Assembly: GCA_033762915.1 (NCBI GenBank)
Contig: JANRLD010000047.1
Location: 25,861 to 89,860 of the forward strand
Source: Meiothermus sp.
Lineage (GTDB): Bacteria > Deinococcota > Deinococci > Deinococcales > Thermaceae
Length of the DNA stretch: 64,000 bases
Direction: 5' to 3'
This document shows positions 42,096 to 53,000 of the stretch, piece by piece; the stretch's first letter is position 1, and every line of letters begins with the position of its first letter. The translations under genes and the position numbers were made by a program. The notes below the pieces were generated by a model. It ran no database searches. It was not told the DNA's origin and worked only from the letters and a program-made list of their open reading frames with translations.

Positions 42096-43064
42096 TCACA
42101 CCCGGATGTTCACCCGCGCACCCTTCTCGAAGAGGTGGATCGAGTCGATGAACCGCACGACCTGGGTCGAATGGCCCATCACGATGGAGTGGGTCCTGGC
42201 CCCGCCGCCGAAGTAGCGCACCCCCTCAAGCAGCTCCCCGTGGGTTATTCCCGTCGCAGCGAAGACCATCTGCTTGCCGGGGGCCAGTTCGTGGGTCTTG
42301 TATATCTTGTCGGCGCTGCCCCCCATGGCGACCAAGCGCTCCTTCTGGGCATCGTCCTCGGGCAAAAAGCGGCCCTGAATCTCCCCGCCCATGCACTTGA
42401 GCGCGGCGGCGGCCAGCACGCCCTCGGGCGCCCCGCCGCTGCCCATCATGGCGTGGGCCCCGGTGCCGCGGATGGCCACCGCCACCGCCGCCACCACGTC
42501 GCCGTCGGTGATCAGCTTGACCCTGGCCCCGGCCTGGCGCACCTCCTTGATCAGCTTTTCGTGGCGCGGGCGGTCCAGGATCACCACCACCAGGTCGTCG
42601 ACCTTGCGCTCGAGGCTGTCGGCGATGATGCGCAGGTTGGCCTCCACGGGGAAGTTCAGGCTGACCTTCCCGGCCGCCGGCGGCCCCACCACCAGCTTCT
42701 GCATGTACATGTCGGGGGCGTGGAACAGCCCGCCCTGCTCGCTGATGGCGATCACCGTGATGGCGTTGGGCAGACCCTTAGCGGTGATGTTGGTGCCCTC
42801 CACCGGGTCTACGGCGATATCCACCTCCGGGCCGCCCTGCCCCAGCCGCTCGCCGATGTAGAGCATGGGGGCCTCGTCCATCTCGCCCTCGCCGATCACC
42901 ACCGTGCCGGAGATAGGCAGCTCGCCCAGCACCTGCCGCATGGCCTCGGTGCCCACCCCGTCCACCTCGTCCTTCTTCCCCATTCCGGCCAGCCTCGAGG
43001 CCGCCAAGGCCGCCTGCTCGGTCACGCGGGCCACCTCGAGCACCAACAGACGCTCTATGTCCAT
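42096..43064 (-). CDS. glpX: Class II fructose-1,6-bisphosphatase
   Basis: [35 protein letters not shown]. Confidence 0.96.
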   Translation of the reverse strand: MDIERLLVLEVARVTEQAALAASRLAGMGKKDEVDGVGTEAMRQVLGELPISGTVVIGEGEMDEAPMLYIGERLGQGGPEVDIAVDPVEGTNITAKGLPNAITVIAISEQGGLFHAPDMYMQKLVVGPPAAGKVSLNFPVEANLRIIADSLERKVDDLVVVILDRPRHEKLIKEVRQAGARVKLITDGDVVAAVAVAIRGTGAHAMMGSGGAPEGVLAAAALKCMGGEIQGRFLPEDDAQKERLVAMGGSADKIYKTHELAPGKQMVFAATGITHGELLEGVRYFGGGARTHSIVMGHSTQVVRFIDSIHLFEKGARVNIRV

Positions 43065-43455
43065 GCCTGAGCTTATCAAGGATCGGACCCCAGACACGTT
43101 TGGGAGGGCTTCCAAGGAGGTTTGGTGTAGCTAGTCCGAGACGCCGTGTAAGGGTACACCCTTCCAGACAGCAAAGCAGACTATCGCGATTAACTTGTGC
43201 AGAACAGCTCGCTACCGAGTATCAAGCTTAAGCGTCATCAGTTCCAATAGCTCAGCCTATGCCACTTACAGCTCCCCTAGAGAATGGGAAGCATCATCGA
43301 AGTAAATACAGCTTCGGTGAATAAAGCTTGAATCGCTGCGTTTTGTCAGACTAAAGAGTGCCGGCAGCTCGTCATCCTCGAGGCTATCCACTAGAATCGG
43401 CTGGTCTTTAGCTTTGCTGCTTTGTCCAACGCCAAAATCGCAGGTCACCAGGCCA

Positions 43456-44079
43456 TTAAGACGGCTTGTGGCGGCCCCACAGGACCTTGGCCAGTTCATG
43501 GGGCGAGACGCCTCGCTCGGCCAGGGTGAAGAGCAGGTGGAACAGCAGGTCCGAGGCCTCCCACTTGAGTTCCTCCGCGTCGTTGTTCTTGGCCGCGATG
43601 ATGACCTCCCCAGCCTCCTCGCCCACCTTCTTGAGCACGCGGTCTAGGCCGCCCTGGTGCATCTTGGCCACGTAGGAGCCCTCGGGCAACTCCTTGATCC
43701 GCTGCTGGATGGTGCGGTAGACCCGCTCGAGGACCTCGCCCAGCGGTGGATGATCGGGAGCTTCGGTGACGGGGTTATGGAAGCAGGTCTCAGCCCCGGT
43801 GTGGCAGGCCGGGCCGTTGGGGATGACTTTGTAGAGCACGGCGTCTTGGTCGCAGTCGAGGACGACCTCCGTCACTTCCTGGGTGTGCCCCGAAGTCAGA
43901 CCTTTCACCCAGAGTTCGTTCCTCGAGCGGCTCCAGAAGGTACTCCGGCGGGTGGCAAGGGTCTGCTGGATCGCCTCTTTGTTGGCGTATGCCAGCGTCA
44001 GCACCTGCCCCGTCTGCGCGTCCTGCACGATCACGGGAACCAGCCCGCTGGCGTCGAATTTGACATCCGCTACATTCAT
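43456..44079 (-). CDS. hisIE: Bifunctional phosphoribosyl-AMP cyclohydrolase/phosphoribosyl-ATP diphosphatase
   Basis: SRSR.ELW.KG.TSG, DCD.D, ACHTG..TCF, KKVGEEA.E. Confidence 0.96.
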   Translation of the reverse strand: MNVADVKFDASGLVPVIVQDAQTGQVLTLAYANKEAIQQTLATRRSTFWSRSRNELWVKGLTSGHTQEVTEVVLDCDQDAVLYKVIPNGPACHTGAETCFHNPVTEAPDHPPLGEVLERVYRTIQQRIKELPEGSYVAKMHQGGLDRVLKKVGEEAGEVIIAAKNNDAEELKWEASDLLFHLLFTLAERGVSPHELAKVLWGRHKPS

Positions 44080-44080
44080 C

Positions 44081-44119
44081 GAGCTACAGCTTATAGCCGA
44101 TAGCGGATAGCTGAAAGCC
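44081..44119. repeat. Heptamer tandem repeat (ATAGCNG-like)
   Basis: gagctac agcttat agccgat agcggat agctgaa agc. Confidence 0.6.
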
Positions 44120-44159
44120 TTTGCTTTCCTCTTTCCTCGCTGTATACATCTGCCGCCCG

Positions 44160-44930
44160 CTACCCGTCGCCCGCCTCGAGCCGCATCGGAATCCCCCGCC
44201 CGGCCAGGTACGCCTTCAGCTCCGGAACAGGAATCTCCCCGAAGTGGAAGACGCTGGCGGCCAGCGCGGCGTCGGCGATTCCGGGCTGCAAAACTTCGGC
44301 GAAGTGTTCCTTGGTGCCCGCGCCGCCCGAGGCGATGACCGGGATGCCCACCGCGGCCGAGACCGCCCGGCACAGTTCCACATCAAAACCCGCCTTGGTG
44401 CCGTCGGTGTCCATGCTGGTCAGAAGGATCTCCCCCGCGCCCAGCTCGGCCCCTCGCACCGCCCACCCCACCGCATCGAGGCCGGTGGAGGTGCGGCCCC
44501 CGGCCACGTAGACCTCCCAGCCGCTGCCCGACTTTCGGGCGTCAATCGCCAGCACCACCGCCTGGTTGCCGAAGTGGTCGGAGAGTTCCTGGATCAGCTC
44601 GGGCCGCCGCACCGCCGCCGAGTTGACCGAAACCTTGTCCGCGCCCGCCAGCAGCAGCCCCCTGGCGTCCTGCAAGCTGCGAATCCCGCCCCCCACCGTG
44701 AAAGGAATAAACACCTGCTCGGCGACCTGGGTGGCGATTTCAACCATCGTCCCGCGCCCCTCATGGGTGGCAGTGATGTCGAGGAAAACCAGTTCGTCCG
44801 CCCCGGCGCGGTTGTAGGCCTTGGCCGACTCCACCGGGTCGCCTGCGTCCCGAAGGTTGACGAAGTTGATGCCCTTGACCACGCGGCCCGCGTGAACGTC
44901 GAGGCAGGGGATGATCCGCTTGGCTAACAC
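44160..44930 (-). CDS. hisF: Imidazole glycerol phosphate synthase cyclase subunit
   Basis: [40 protein letters not shown]. Confidence 0.97.
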   Translation of the reverse strand: MLAKRIIPCLDVHAGRVVKGINFVNLRDAGDPVESAKAYNRAGADELVFLDITATHEGRGTMVEIATQVAEQVFIPFTVGGGIRSLQDARGLLLAGADKVSVNSAAVRRPELIQELSDHFGNQAVVLAIDARKSGSGWEVYVAGGRTSTGLDAVGWAVRGAELGAGEILLTSMDTDGTKAGFDVELCRAVSAAVGIPVIASGGAGTKEHFAEVLQPGIADAALAASVFHFGEIPVPELKAYLAGRGIPMRLEAGDG

Positions 44931-45007
44931 CCTGTGATTGTCGAGAGTCGGGGCTCGAGAGTCAAGGGCGAATTGAATCTTAATCCACAAACTTCTAGAG
45001 TGTTGGT

Positions 45008-46171
45008 ATGCGCGGGTCAATCTGGCTGCTGACCCTCCTCACGCTGGCGGTGGGGGTCTGGGTGTTGCTAAATCGCCCGATGCCCAGCGCCCCGGCGGTG
45101 AGCGGCTCGAAGGCCGCCAGCCTGGTTGAAATGGCCGTGCCACCCGCCCAACCCGCCGAGCCCCGCTGCCTAACTGCGCCCGACGCTCAGGTCGTCGCCG
45201 CGCCGGCTATTCCGGCCAGTCTGCCAGGCCGGGTGGGGCTGTACGTGGCCCGGCTCGAGGCGGGGCAAAAAGAGTTCCGGCCCTCGAGGGTGGTGCAGAT
45301 TCGCCCCGCCGAGGTCTTCCCGCTGGCCTCCAACTACAAGACCGCGGTCTGGCTCGAGACGATGCGCCAAGTGGACCAAAGCCAGATAAAGCTGGGCGAA
45401 AAGTTCGTGGTGACCAGGGCCAACCAGTCGCTGGGCGACTACCCCTACGACCACTCCGACGTCGAGACCCTGGCCCTGCGGATGATCATGTGGTCGGACA
45501 ACACCGCCACCGACATCCTGCACACCCGCGTGGGCATCGGTGGCCTGCAAGCCCTGGCCGACCGGCAGCGGCTCTGCAACACCCGCCTGTTGCTGCCCAC
45601 CAAGGCCTGGTGGGTAGCCCAGGCCGGGCTGGGTGGGCCGGACTTCCCCAAGGACGCGCTGATCGGCTCGAGCACCCGCTTTGCCGGGGCCAGTCCGGAG
45701 GAGCGCCTGAAGATGGCCCAGCGCCTCTACATCGCCGCCGAGGGGGTCAGCGCCGACCGGCTCAACGCGGCCCTGCGGCCCTACTTCGAGAGCCGCCAGT
45801 GGAAGCGCTTTGCCCAGATCGACCGCAACCTGCAAAACACCAGCACGCCCCTCGAGTGGGCACATTACCTGTGGGCGGCCTTCGAGCAGAACGACCTCTC
45901 CCCCGCCAGCGACGCCCTCTTCCGCAAGGTCATGGCCAAGGGCTACGGCTACCGCCGCCTAGCGGTGAGGTACGCCCGCTTCGGCGGCAAGTCCGGCAAC
46001 ACCGCCGGGGTGCTGGGCTTCACCGGGTATCTCGAGGCCGAAGACGGCACCCGCTTCGTCTACGTCTTCCTCAGCGACGAGGTGCCCGAAATCTACACCC
46101 TCTACTTCGAGCGCCCCGCTTTCACGCTGATTAACCGGGCCTTGCTGGCGCTGGGCGCAACGCCGAAGTGA
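45008..46171 (+). CDS. Membrane-anchored serine hydrolase with class A beta-lactamase fold
   Basis: SxxK (ASNYK), SDN, KSG; N-terminal TM helix. Confidence 0.85.
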   Translation: MRGSIWLLTLLTLAVGVWVLLNRPMPSAPAVSGSKAASLVEMAVPPAQPAEPRCLTAPDAQVVAAPAIPASLPGRVGLYVARLEAGQKEFRPSRVVQIRPAEVFPLASNYKTAVWLETMRQVDQSQIKLGEKFVVTRANQSLGDYPYDHSDVETLALRMIMWSDNTATDILHTRVGIGGLQALADRQRLCNTRLLLPTKAWWVAQAGLGGPDFPKDALIGSSTRFAGASPEERLKMAQRLYIAAEGVSADRLNAALRPYFESRQWKRFAQIDRNLQNTSTPLEWAHYLWAAFEQNDLSPASDALFRKVMAKGYGYRRLAVRYARFGGKSGNTAGVLGFTGYLEAEDGTRFVYVFLSDEVPEIYTLYFERPAFTLINRALLALGATPK

Positions 46172-46238
46172 ATTAAGCTCCCTCCCCCACAAGGGGGGAG
46201 GGATTCTTGTCTTGCGATAAATGGCTGAGAAGCTGGGG

Positions 46239-48623
46239 TTACTGGCAGACGTCGAAGCCCCGGGGCACCTCCTGCTCGGTGGTGTCGGCGTCAATCGAGA
46301 GCAGGAAGGCGATCAGGTCTTTCTTCTGCTGGTCCACGTCGCCAGTGGTGAGAAAGACTGGGTTGGCAGCGTGGAGGTGCTGCTCCCACTTGGGGTCGCC
46401 CAGGAGTTCGTCGAGGGTTGCGGCCTGGCCGTGGTGGAGGTACGGCGCGCCCAGCGCGAGGCCGTACAGCGAGGGCACGTTGTAGCCACCGCGCCCCTGG
46501 GCCCGGGTGTTGTCGGCTTTCTTCTCGAGGGCGTCGGTGGCCTCTTTGTTGCCGGGAATCCCGAACGTCCCCACATTGCGCAGCACGCAGGCCACCTGCT
46601 TGGGGCCGACCGCGGCGGGCTCGGCGGGGCCGGTGGTGGTGTCCGCGACCGGCGGCTGGTTGGCAATCTGCAAGGTGTGGAAGTTCCAGGTGGGGGCGAA
46701 GGGCGGGACCGGGGCCTTGAAGGGGGCCTTGGCGAGGTCGGCGTTGGTCTGGCTCGAGGGCTGGAAATTAAGGCGGGAAATGGTCCAGCCCGCGCCGCCG
46801 TGGCAGGCCACGCAACCGCCGTTGTTCTCTCGCCCGCTGGGCATCCCGAAGAGCTTGGCCCCCCGCGCTACCGAGGCCGCGTCCAGGGTCTGAAGGCCCT
46901 TGGGCGGGCGGATGGTCTTGACGAACTCGTTGATCTCGTCCCAGTCCTTGGTGCAGCTCGGCTTGGCCTCGTCTTGGGTCTCCTTGACCGGCTTGTCGAG
47001 GTTGCCGCCGAGGTCGAGGCGGCGCTCCTCGTTGGGATCGCCGCAACCGTCGGTGGTGACGGCCCCCAGGCCGCCAGAGGTGTCGCGGGTGTTGCGCTCG
47101 AAGTCGTGCATCTCGTCGAAGACACCCGACCAGTTGAAGATGCGCTGCTTCTGCCGCCCGCGCCCGTGACTGAAGCTGCCGCTCATGTCGGTGGTCTGGC
47201 GCGGCCCGGTGCCAAACGACCAGGTGATGTTGTCGGAGAGGCCGTCGGGGTGACAGCTCCCGCAGCTCGACCAGGCTTCCTTCGACCAGCGGCCACGACC
47301 GGTGAAGTAGAAGCGGCGGCCCTTGTTGACCTCGAGGTCACGGCCCGTGGGGGGGTCGCTGGAGGCCACCACTTTTTCCAAGGCCTGCTTGGACAAGTCC
47401 ACCACCGCCAGGTTGCGCGACACCCAGCAGTTCACATACGCCACCGGGCCGTTGTTGGCGGTGACCATCCCGATGGGGTTCTGACAGGCGGGCCTGCCGT
47501 TCTGCACGCCCAACTCGATCTGCACGTTGAACTGCGAGCCGACGCTGGTGCCCCGGGTGGCATCAAACACCACCCGCTGCATCACGTCGGCCCCCCTCGA
47601 GACGGTGTAGGCCACACTCGAGGTGCCGATGAAGTCGATGTCCACCAGGTCGGCCAGGAAGTTGCGCGGCTTGTCGGCGGGTATGGCCTCGGCAACCTTC
47701 TTTGCAAGGTTGACGGTGCCGGTGTTGCCGGTGTCCTCGCTGGCCGTGGCCAGGTTGCCCACATAGACCACCGGGAATACGTTGCCGTTGAAGCGCGGCG
47801 GGCCTTTGGGTGAGGCCGAGACCGAGGTGACGTAGATCTTGCCGCCCTGCACCGCCGCCGAGAAGAACTGGTTGGGCGAGGTCTTGACGGTCCCAGCGTT
47901 GGTGCCCTCGGGCACGAAGCCGCTGTCGAGGGGCTTGAAGACGATGGGGCTTTGCGGTGAATTGTCGCTGCTTTTATAGATGCGCACCAGGCCCTCGCGG
48001 CCCTCGTCGAGCGACTCGGCTCCCCGGATGGGTCGGCCGAAAAACTCGGGAACCAGGATCAGCTCGTCGGCGTCGTCGCTGTCGCCGTCGTTGGTGACCA
48101 CCACGGCGCGGGGGTTAGTGGGGCCGTCGATCGAGCCGATCACCCGCATCGAGGCGGTGTCCACGATGGCGATGCGGCCCTCGGCCCACTCGGCCACGTA
48201 GAGCCTCGAGCCCGTCGGCGAGAGCGCCAGGCCGGTCGGCTCCGAGCCGACCTTCACGGTGGCGGCGACCCTGGGGGTGCTGTTGATCCCGGCGACCCTG
48301 ACCACGGTGGCCTCGGCGCGGTTGGCCACGAAGGCGGTCTGGCCGTCGGGGTGCATCACCACCGCCCAGGGCTCGAGGCCGGTCTTGAGCTTGGCCACGC
48401 GGCGATCGGTATCGGTGTTGAAGATGGAGAGCGAGTCGTCCTCGGGGTTGACCATCAGCACGAAGCGGTCGTCGGGGGTGATGGCGATGGTGCCGGACTT
48501 GGAGGCTTTCTTGAGCACGGCGGGGTTCTGCGCGGCGGAGTTTTGTAGCAGACCCAGCAGCCCGATGCCCAGGCCCGCGCTCACCAGCAGGCCGAGCGCC
48601 CAGTTGCGCTGCGCGGTCTTCAT
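46239..48623 (-). CDS. Exported YVTN beta-propeller fused to a di-heme cytochrome c (bCCP/MauG-like) domain
   Basis: Signal peptide; propeller repeats (TVKVGSEPTGLALSP); CGSCH and CVACH heme motifs; NVPSL..L...APYLH.G; DLIAFLLS. Confidence 0.85.
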   Translation of the reverse strand: MKTAQRNWALGLLVSAGLGIGLLGLLQNSAAQNPAVLKKASKSGTIAITPDDRFVLMVNPEDDSLSIFNTDTDRRVAKLKTGLEPWAVVMHPDGQTAFVANRAEATVVRVAGINSTPRVAATVKVGSEPTGLALSPTGSRLYVAEWAEGRIAIVDTASMRVIGSIDGPTNPRAVVVTNDGDSDDADELILVPEFFGRPIRGAESLDEGREGLVRIYKSSDNSPQSPIVFKPLDSGFVPEGTNAGTVKTSPNQFFSAAVQGGKIYVTSVSASPKGPPRFNGNVFPVVYVGNLATASEDTGNTGTVNLAKKVAEAIPADKPRNFLADLVDIDFIGTSSVAYTVSRGADVMQRVVFDATRGTSVGSQFNVQIELGVQNGRPACQNPIGMVTANNGPVAYVNCWVSRNLAVVDLSKQALEKVVASSDPPTGRDLEVNKGRRFYFTGRGRWSKEAWSSCGSCHPDGLSDNITWSFGTGPRQTTDMSGSFSHGRGRQKQRIFNWSGVFDEMHDFERNTRDTSGGLGAVTTDGCGDPNEERRLDLGGNLDKPVKETQDEAKPSCTKDWDEINEFVKTIRPPKGLQTLDAASVARGAKLFGMPSGRENNGGCVACHGGAGWTISRLNFQPSSQTNADLAKAPFKAPVPPFAPTWNFHTLQIANQPPVADTTTGPAEPAAVGPKQVACVLRNVGTFGIPGNKEATDALEKKADNTRAQGRGGYNVPSLYGLALGAPYLHHGQAATLDELLGDPKWEQHLHAANPVFLTTGDVDQQKKDLIAFLLSIDADTTEQEVPRGFDVCQ

Positions 48624-49072
48624 CGCGGAATCTCCGCGCAGGCGATAAAGCCGCCGATGCCCGCCGAGTCGTCGGGGCTGCGCTGGTGGTAGGCCACATA
48701 GATCTGGGCCGGGAGTTTGGCGAGTTCGATCTCGGCGTTGGTCGCGCCGGTTCCGCTGGCGTCGGTCGAAAGCACGGGCAGGGCCTGCGCCACCGGCCCC
48801 ACGGCCGCGCAGGTTCCGACATGGATATGCCCCATGTGCCTGGTGCTACCCGAAATCCCAGTGATGAGGACGGCGAGCCGGGTCTTGCCGCCGCCGAGGT
48901 CGGTCAGGACGATCTGGCCCCCGGCCCTGCTGGCGCTGCCGTCGGCGAGGTTACCGGCGGGCTTGACCGCCGCCGTCTTGGGCGGGGCAGCCTGTGCGGC
49001 GGGCTGGCTGCCGCTGTTGTTGGGCACGCAGGCGGTGAGTAGGCCGATACCGAGAATGATCATCCAGCGCAT
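48620..49072 (-). CDS. Lipoprotein with Cu/Zn-SOD-like (or CHRD-like) domain
   Basis: Lipobox LTAC; H.GHIH.G.C, YV.YH, IAC; 4-bp overlap with the cytochrome gene; GGAGG RBS. Confidence 0.7.
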   Translation of the reverse strand: MRWMIILGIGLLTACVPNNSGSQPAAQAAPPKTAAVKPAGNLADGSASRAGGQIVLTDLGGGKTRLAVLITGISGSTRHMGHIHVGTCAAVGPVAQALPVLSTDASGTGATNAEIELAKLPAQIYVAYHQRSPDDSAGIGGFIACAEIPR

Positions 49073-49088
49073 AAAAACCTCCGTAGGT

Positions 49089-49123
49089 GGGTCTAGGGTC
49101 TAGCGTCTAGGGTCTAGAGTCAG
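49089..49123. repeat. Heptamer tandem repeat (GGTCTAG, about 4-5 units)
   Basis: gggtcta gggtcta gcgtcta gggtcta gagtcag. Confidence 0.8.
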
Positions 49124-49354
49124 GTGTCGGGAACAGCATCAAAGTCAAAAGATAAACCCCCACGAAATTGCCGCGCACAGCGAACAGATCGGCCGAGTGC
49201 CTCGAGCCCGCCGGTCAGACCGGAAGGCGCCCTCACCCCACCTGCCACGAGCTTATGGGGGTGGCGTAACCAAAGTGCAACACGGAAAACTCCGTCCGGA
49301 AAGCGAAAACAGGCTCTCGGCAAGTCTCGCAACACATCCTTCGGGCCGAACCGC

Positions 49355-49804
49355 TCATTGCTCCATCAGCCCTGTCGCCCAGACCTCCGCGCCGCGCACC
49401 TCGAGCCGTATCCCCCGCAGCGGCCGGGGGGCTGGCCCCGAGACCACACTGCCGTCTTCGGCCCGGTAGGTACTCTCGTGGCAGGGGCAGACCATCTGGT
49501 GGTTGGCGTCGGGAAGGGGGGTGATACAGCCCTGGTGGGTGCAGACCCGCAGGTGGGCCGCCAGGTAGAGGCTGGCGCCGCCCTGCTTGACTTCCAAGAC
49601 CCGCCCTGCTTCTTTGGCGGGCTTGGGGATGCGAACCAGCACCGCCTTATCGACGCCGAAGTTGAACTCCACCGCATCCCAGTCCTTGGTCAGCCTGGCG
49701 AGTTCGACCACCTTGACCGCCTGGGCCTGGGCCGCAGGAAGACCAAGCATCAACCCCGCCGCCACCGCCTTAATCGCCGTTCGTCGCTTTATTGGGCCGT
49801 CCAT
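49355..49804 (-). CDS. Tat-exported Rieske [2Fe-2S] protein
   Basis: KRRTAIK twin-arginine signal with AQA cleavage site; CTHQGC and CPCH ligands; GPAPRPL. Confidence 0.92.
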   Translation of the reverse strand: MDGPIKRRTAIKAVAAGLMLGLPAAQAQAVKVVELARLTKDWDAVEFNFGVDKAVLVRIPKPAKEAGRVLEVKQGGASLYLAAHLRVCTHQGCITPLPDANHQMVCPCHESTYRAEDGSVVSGPAPRPLRGIRLEVRGAEVWATGLMEQ

Positions 49805-49852
49805 ACGCGCTCCCCTCGAGGGTTTCCCTCAAGGTGTAGCTTGGGCCAGCCC

Positions 49853-49873
49853 CGGTAACGTGGCGGTAACGTG
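49853..49873 (-). promoter_or_regulatory. 11-bp-period direct repeat, candidate SARP/OmpR-type activator site
   Basis: CACGTTACCG-C-CACGTTACCG on the minus strand, about 50 bp upstream of the Rieske ATG. Confidence 0.65.
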
Positions 49874-49897
49874 TCGGAGGGTTGCGGCGAGCACCCG

Positions 49898-50000
49898 TCG
49901 CGTTTCCCACCATGACCTCCCTCGCGGCGGCAGGTAATGTACTCCGTAAGGCAAAAACCGCGCGCTTTAGCGCCGTAGGGAGTGTGCGAGGGAGCCGCTC
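49898..50000 (+). repeat. Structured repeat, family 2, copy 2
   Basis: TCGCGTTTCCC..ACCTCCCTC.CGGCGGCAGGTAATGTACTCC..GCAAAAACCGC.CGCTTTAGCGCCGTAGGGAGT. Confidence 0.75.
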
Positions 50001-50067
50001 CAGTGCGGCGGGTTTGCTGTGGGGGGGAGGTCAGCCGCCCTGCAGCGGCTGACGGCGGGCCACGCGG

Positions 50068-53000
50068 TCAGGGGTGACGGGCCAGGAAGTCCTGCCAGTG
50101 CTCGGGCAGGCGCTCGCCCACCTCGAGCATCCGTCGCCGGGCCTGCTCGTAGAGCGTGACCAGGGTCTTGGGGTTCTGGCCCTGCATGGCCCGGACCAAG
50201 ATGACCAAGGCCTGGGTGTCGTAGGGGTCGGCCTCGAGCAGAATCTGGCCCAGGCGGGCGGCCTCTTTGGGCTGGCTCGAGGCCAGCGCCTGGGCCTTGT
50301 CGCGCAGGGTGCTGTAGAGCGAATCGGCGCTCAGCGAGGCGCTGTTCTGGCTCAGGCCGTGCATGTAAGTTCCGCGCCAAAGCCGGGTGTTGCCGGTGTT
50401 GAGGAAGGCTTCGGCGTCGGAGCTCACCGCACCGAGGGCGTAGCCGCCGGCGGTTCGCAGCACCACCTCGGCGCCCAGGCCCGAGCGCAACCGGTAGACC
50501 AACTGCTTGAGGGCGGAGACGGCCTTTTCCTCGCTCATCTCGGGGTAGAGGGCATCGTAGAGCTCGAGCGGCCCCACCTCGCCGCGACCGCTCAGGCGGG
50601 CCTCGAGCAGCAGCGCCAGCATCTCCTTGGCCTTGCGGTTGCGGTCGGAGATGGGCACACCGTTGAGCTGGATCTGTACTGCGCCCAGCACCTGCAGGTG
50701 TACTTCCGAGGAGGGGTCAAGCGGGACTTGGTCGGCGGGGAAGGCGTGCGCCACGGGAAAGTAGCGTCGCGCCACCTCGAGGCTGCTCAGCATCCCCTGC
50801 TGCCGCCAACGCTGGACGCGGCGATCGGCGGAGGCGCGGTCCTGGTTGAGGCGGTCTAGCTCGAGGGCCATCCGCTCTGGCGACGGCCCCAGGGGCTGGG
50901 GGCGCGCGCCGGCGAGGGCCTGCTCGAGGGCCGCCCTGGCCTCCGGCACCCGGCCCATCCGCTCCAGGGCCAGACCCTGCACCCAGTCGGCCCCGGCCAC
51001 AAAGGCGGGCTGGTGGGTCTCCTCGGCCAAGCGCCGAAGTTCAGGGAGCGCGGCCAGGGCTTGTTCGGGGCGGCCGTGGAGGGCTTCGGCCCAGGCCGAG
51101 ACGAACAGCCCCCCGGCCTCGAAGGTGGGGCTCTGGGCGGCTCTGGCGTACTGAAGCGACGCCCTGGCGTGGCGCAGGGCCAGCGCCGCGCCGTGCGGCG
51201 AGGCCCACTCGAGGTAGAGCCGCGCCGCGATGCGCCCGACCCAGGAGAGGTAAATCTTGTGGCCCAGCCGTTCCATCACCCCGAGCGCCTCCGTCACCGC
51301 GTCCTCGGCTTGGGCGAAGTGCCCCTGCTCCATCTGATAGAGGCCGTACTCGGCCAGGCGGAAGGCGTAGAGGCTGCCGTTGCCGCTCTCGGCAGGTCGG
51401 CGCAAGGCGGCTTGTATGTCGTCGGTGGCGGGGCCGGGCCGCTCGAGGGCGTTGCGGGCGTAGGCCCGCAGCTGCAGCGCCCCGTCGCGCAGTTCCTGGA
51501 AGCGGGCGCTGCCATCGTCGAGGGTTTCGAGGCGCTCCAAAAAGCGGGTGAATCCCGCCTCAGCCTCGGCGTATTGGCCCGCGAACTGGGGAATAAAACT
51601 CTGAAAATACAGCAGGTGGGCGTACTCGAAGGGGTCGGAGATGGGCTGGGCCAGCAACTCCTCGAACAAGGCCCGGGCCTCCTCGAGGCGGCGCAACTGC
51701 ACCAAGCTGCGGGCGGCTAGGGCCCTGGCGTGGAAGCTGAAGTCGTCCGGGCGCTCCTCCCACAGGGTCAGTACCCCGATGTAGTCGTGGGCGTTGTGGC
51801 GCACCTGGATGAGGGTCTCGAGCCACTGCAGCCGGTCTTTCGGCAGGCCCCACAGCAGGGTTTCGGCCTCGGCCCCGCGCCCCAACCGCGAAAGCAGCAC
51901 CGCCTTGAGCAAGGCGGCCTCGAGGTGCTGCTCCGGATCGCCCAGAGCCTGCTCGACCAGCTCGAGCGCACGGCTGAGGCTGTACTCCTGCATCTGCCGG
52001 GCGCTGCTCAGGGCCAGGGCGGCCCGCTCGCTGGCGGGGGTGTAGGCGATCTTTTGCGCCGTCCAGTGGGCGGCCCGGTGGGCATCGCTGAGCGCGATGG
52101 CCCGATCCAGCAAGGCCAGCGCCTCGCCGGGCTCGAGGCCCGACTCGGGCAAGAACTCCAAAGCTTGCTGGGGCTGCTCGGCCAGGGCCGCGATGGCGCT
52201 GCGGGCAAACGCCCGACGCTGTTGCGGCGGTAGTTCCTGGCAGGCCACCTCGCGGAACAGCGGGTGGACGAAGCCCTCTTCCTCCAAAACCCCGGCTTGC
52301 TCCAGGCGCCTATAGATCAGGGCCAGTTCCTCGGGGGACAGGGCCAGAATTTCGCCCAGCAGTCGGGGAGTGTAGGCCTGCCCCAGAAAGGCTCGAGCCT
52401 GCAAAACCCGCTGCTCCAGTGGCGACAGGAGGGCGGCGCTCAGGCTATGGGCGATCAGGGCCTCGACGCTGTCGGGCATCAGGTTGGTGGAGGGCTGGCG
52501 CCAGCGCCAGATCTTGCCGTCGCTCCACAAATAGCCCTCGCGGGCCAGGTGGCGGAAGTACTCGAGGGTAAATAGGGGGTTGCCCTGGGCCCGGGCATAA
52601 ATCCAGCGGGTGGCCTCGAGCGGCAAGGGCAGGTGGGTTTGCTCCTCCAAAATCCGCTGGCAGGTCTCGAGGCCCAGCGGCCCCAGACGCACTGCCTCGA
52701 AGGGCTCCGGCGGGGCGGCCCGGCTGGTGGCCAACAGCGCCACTCCGTTGCTGCGCAGCACCGCCTCGGCCAGCTTCTGCCACAGCTCGAGACGCTCGGG
52801 GGAGGACTGGTGCAGGTCTTCGACCACCAGCACGAAAGGCGCCAAGCCCGAAAGCAGGGCAGCCAGGGCCGTGCTGGCCTGTTCTTGGCTTAGCTCGCCC
52901 CGCGCCAAGCGCTCGAGGCTGCGCTCGGCCCAGACCGCCAGCCTGGGCGGCTTGGGCAAGACCGATAGCAGGGCCCCATAGGCCGCGTCGGCCTCCAAGA

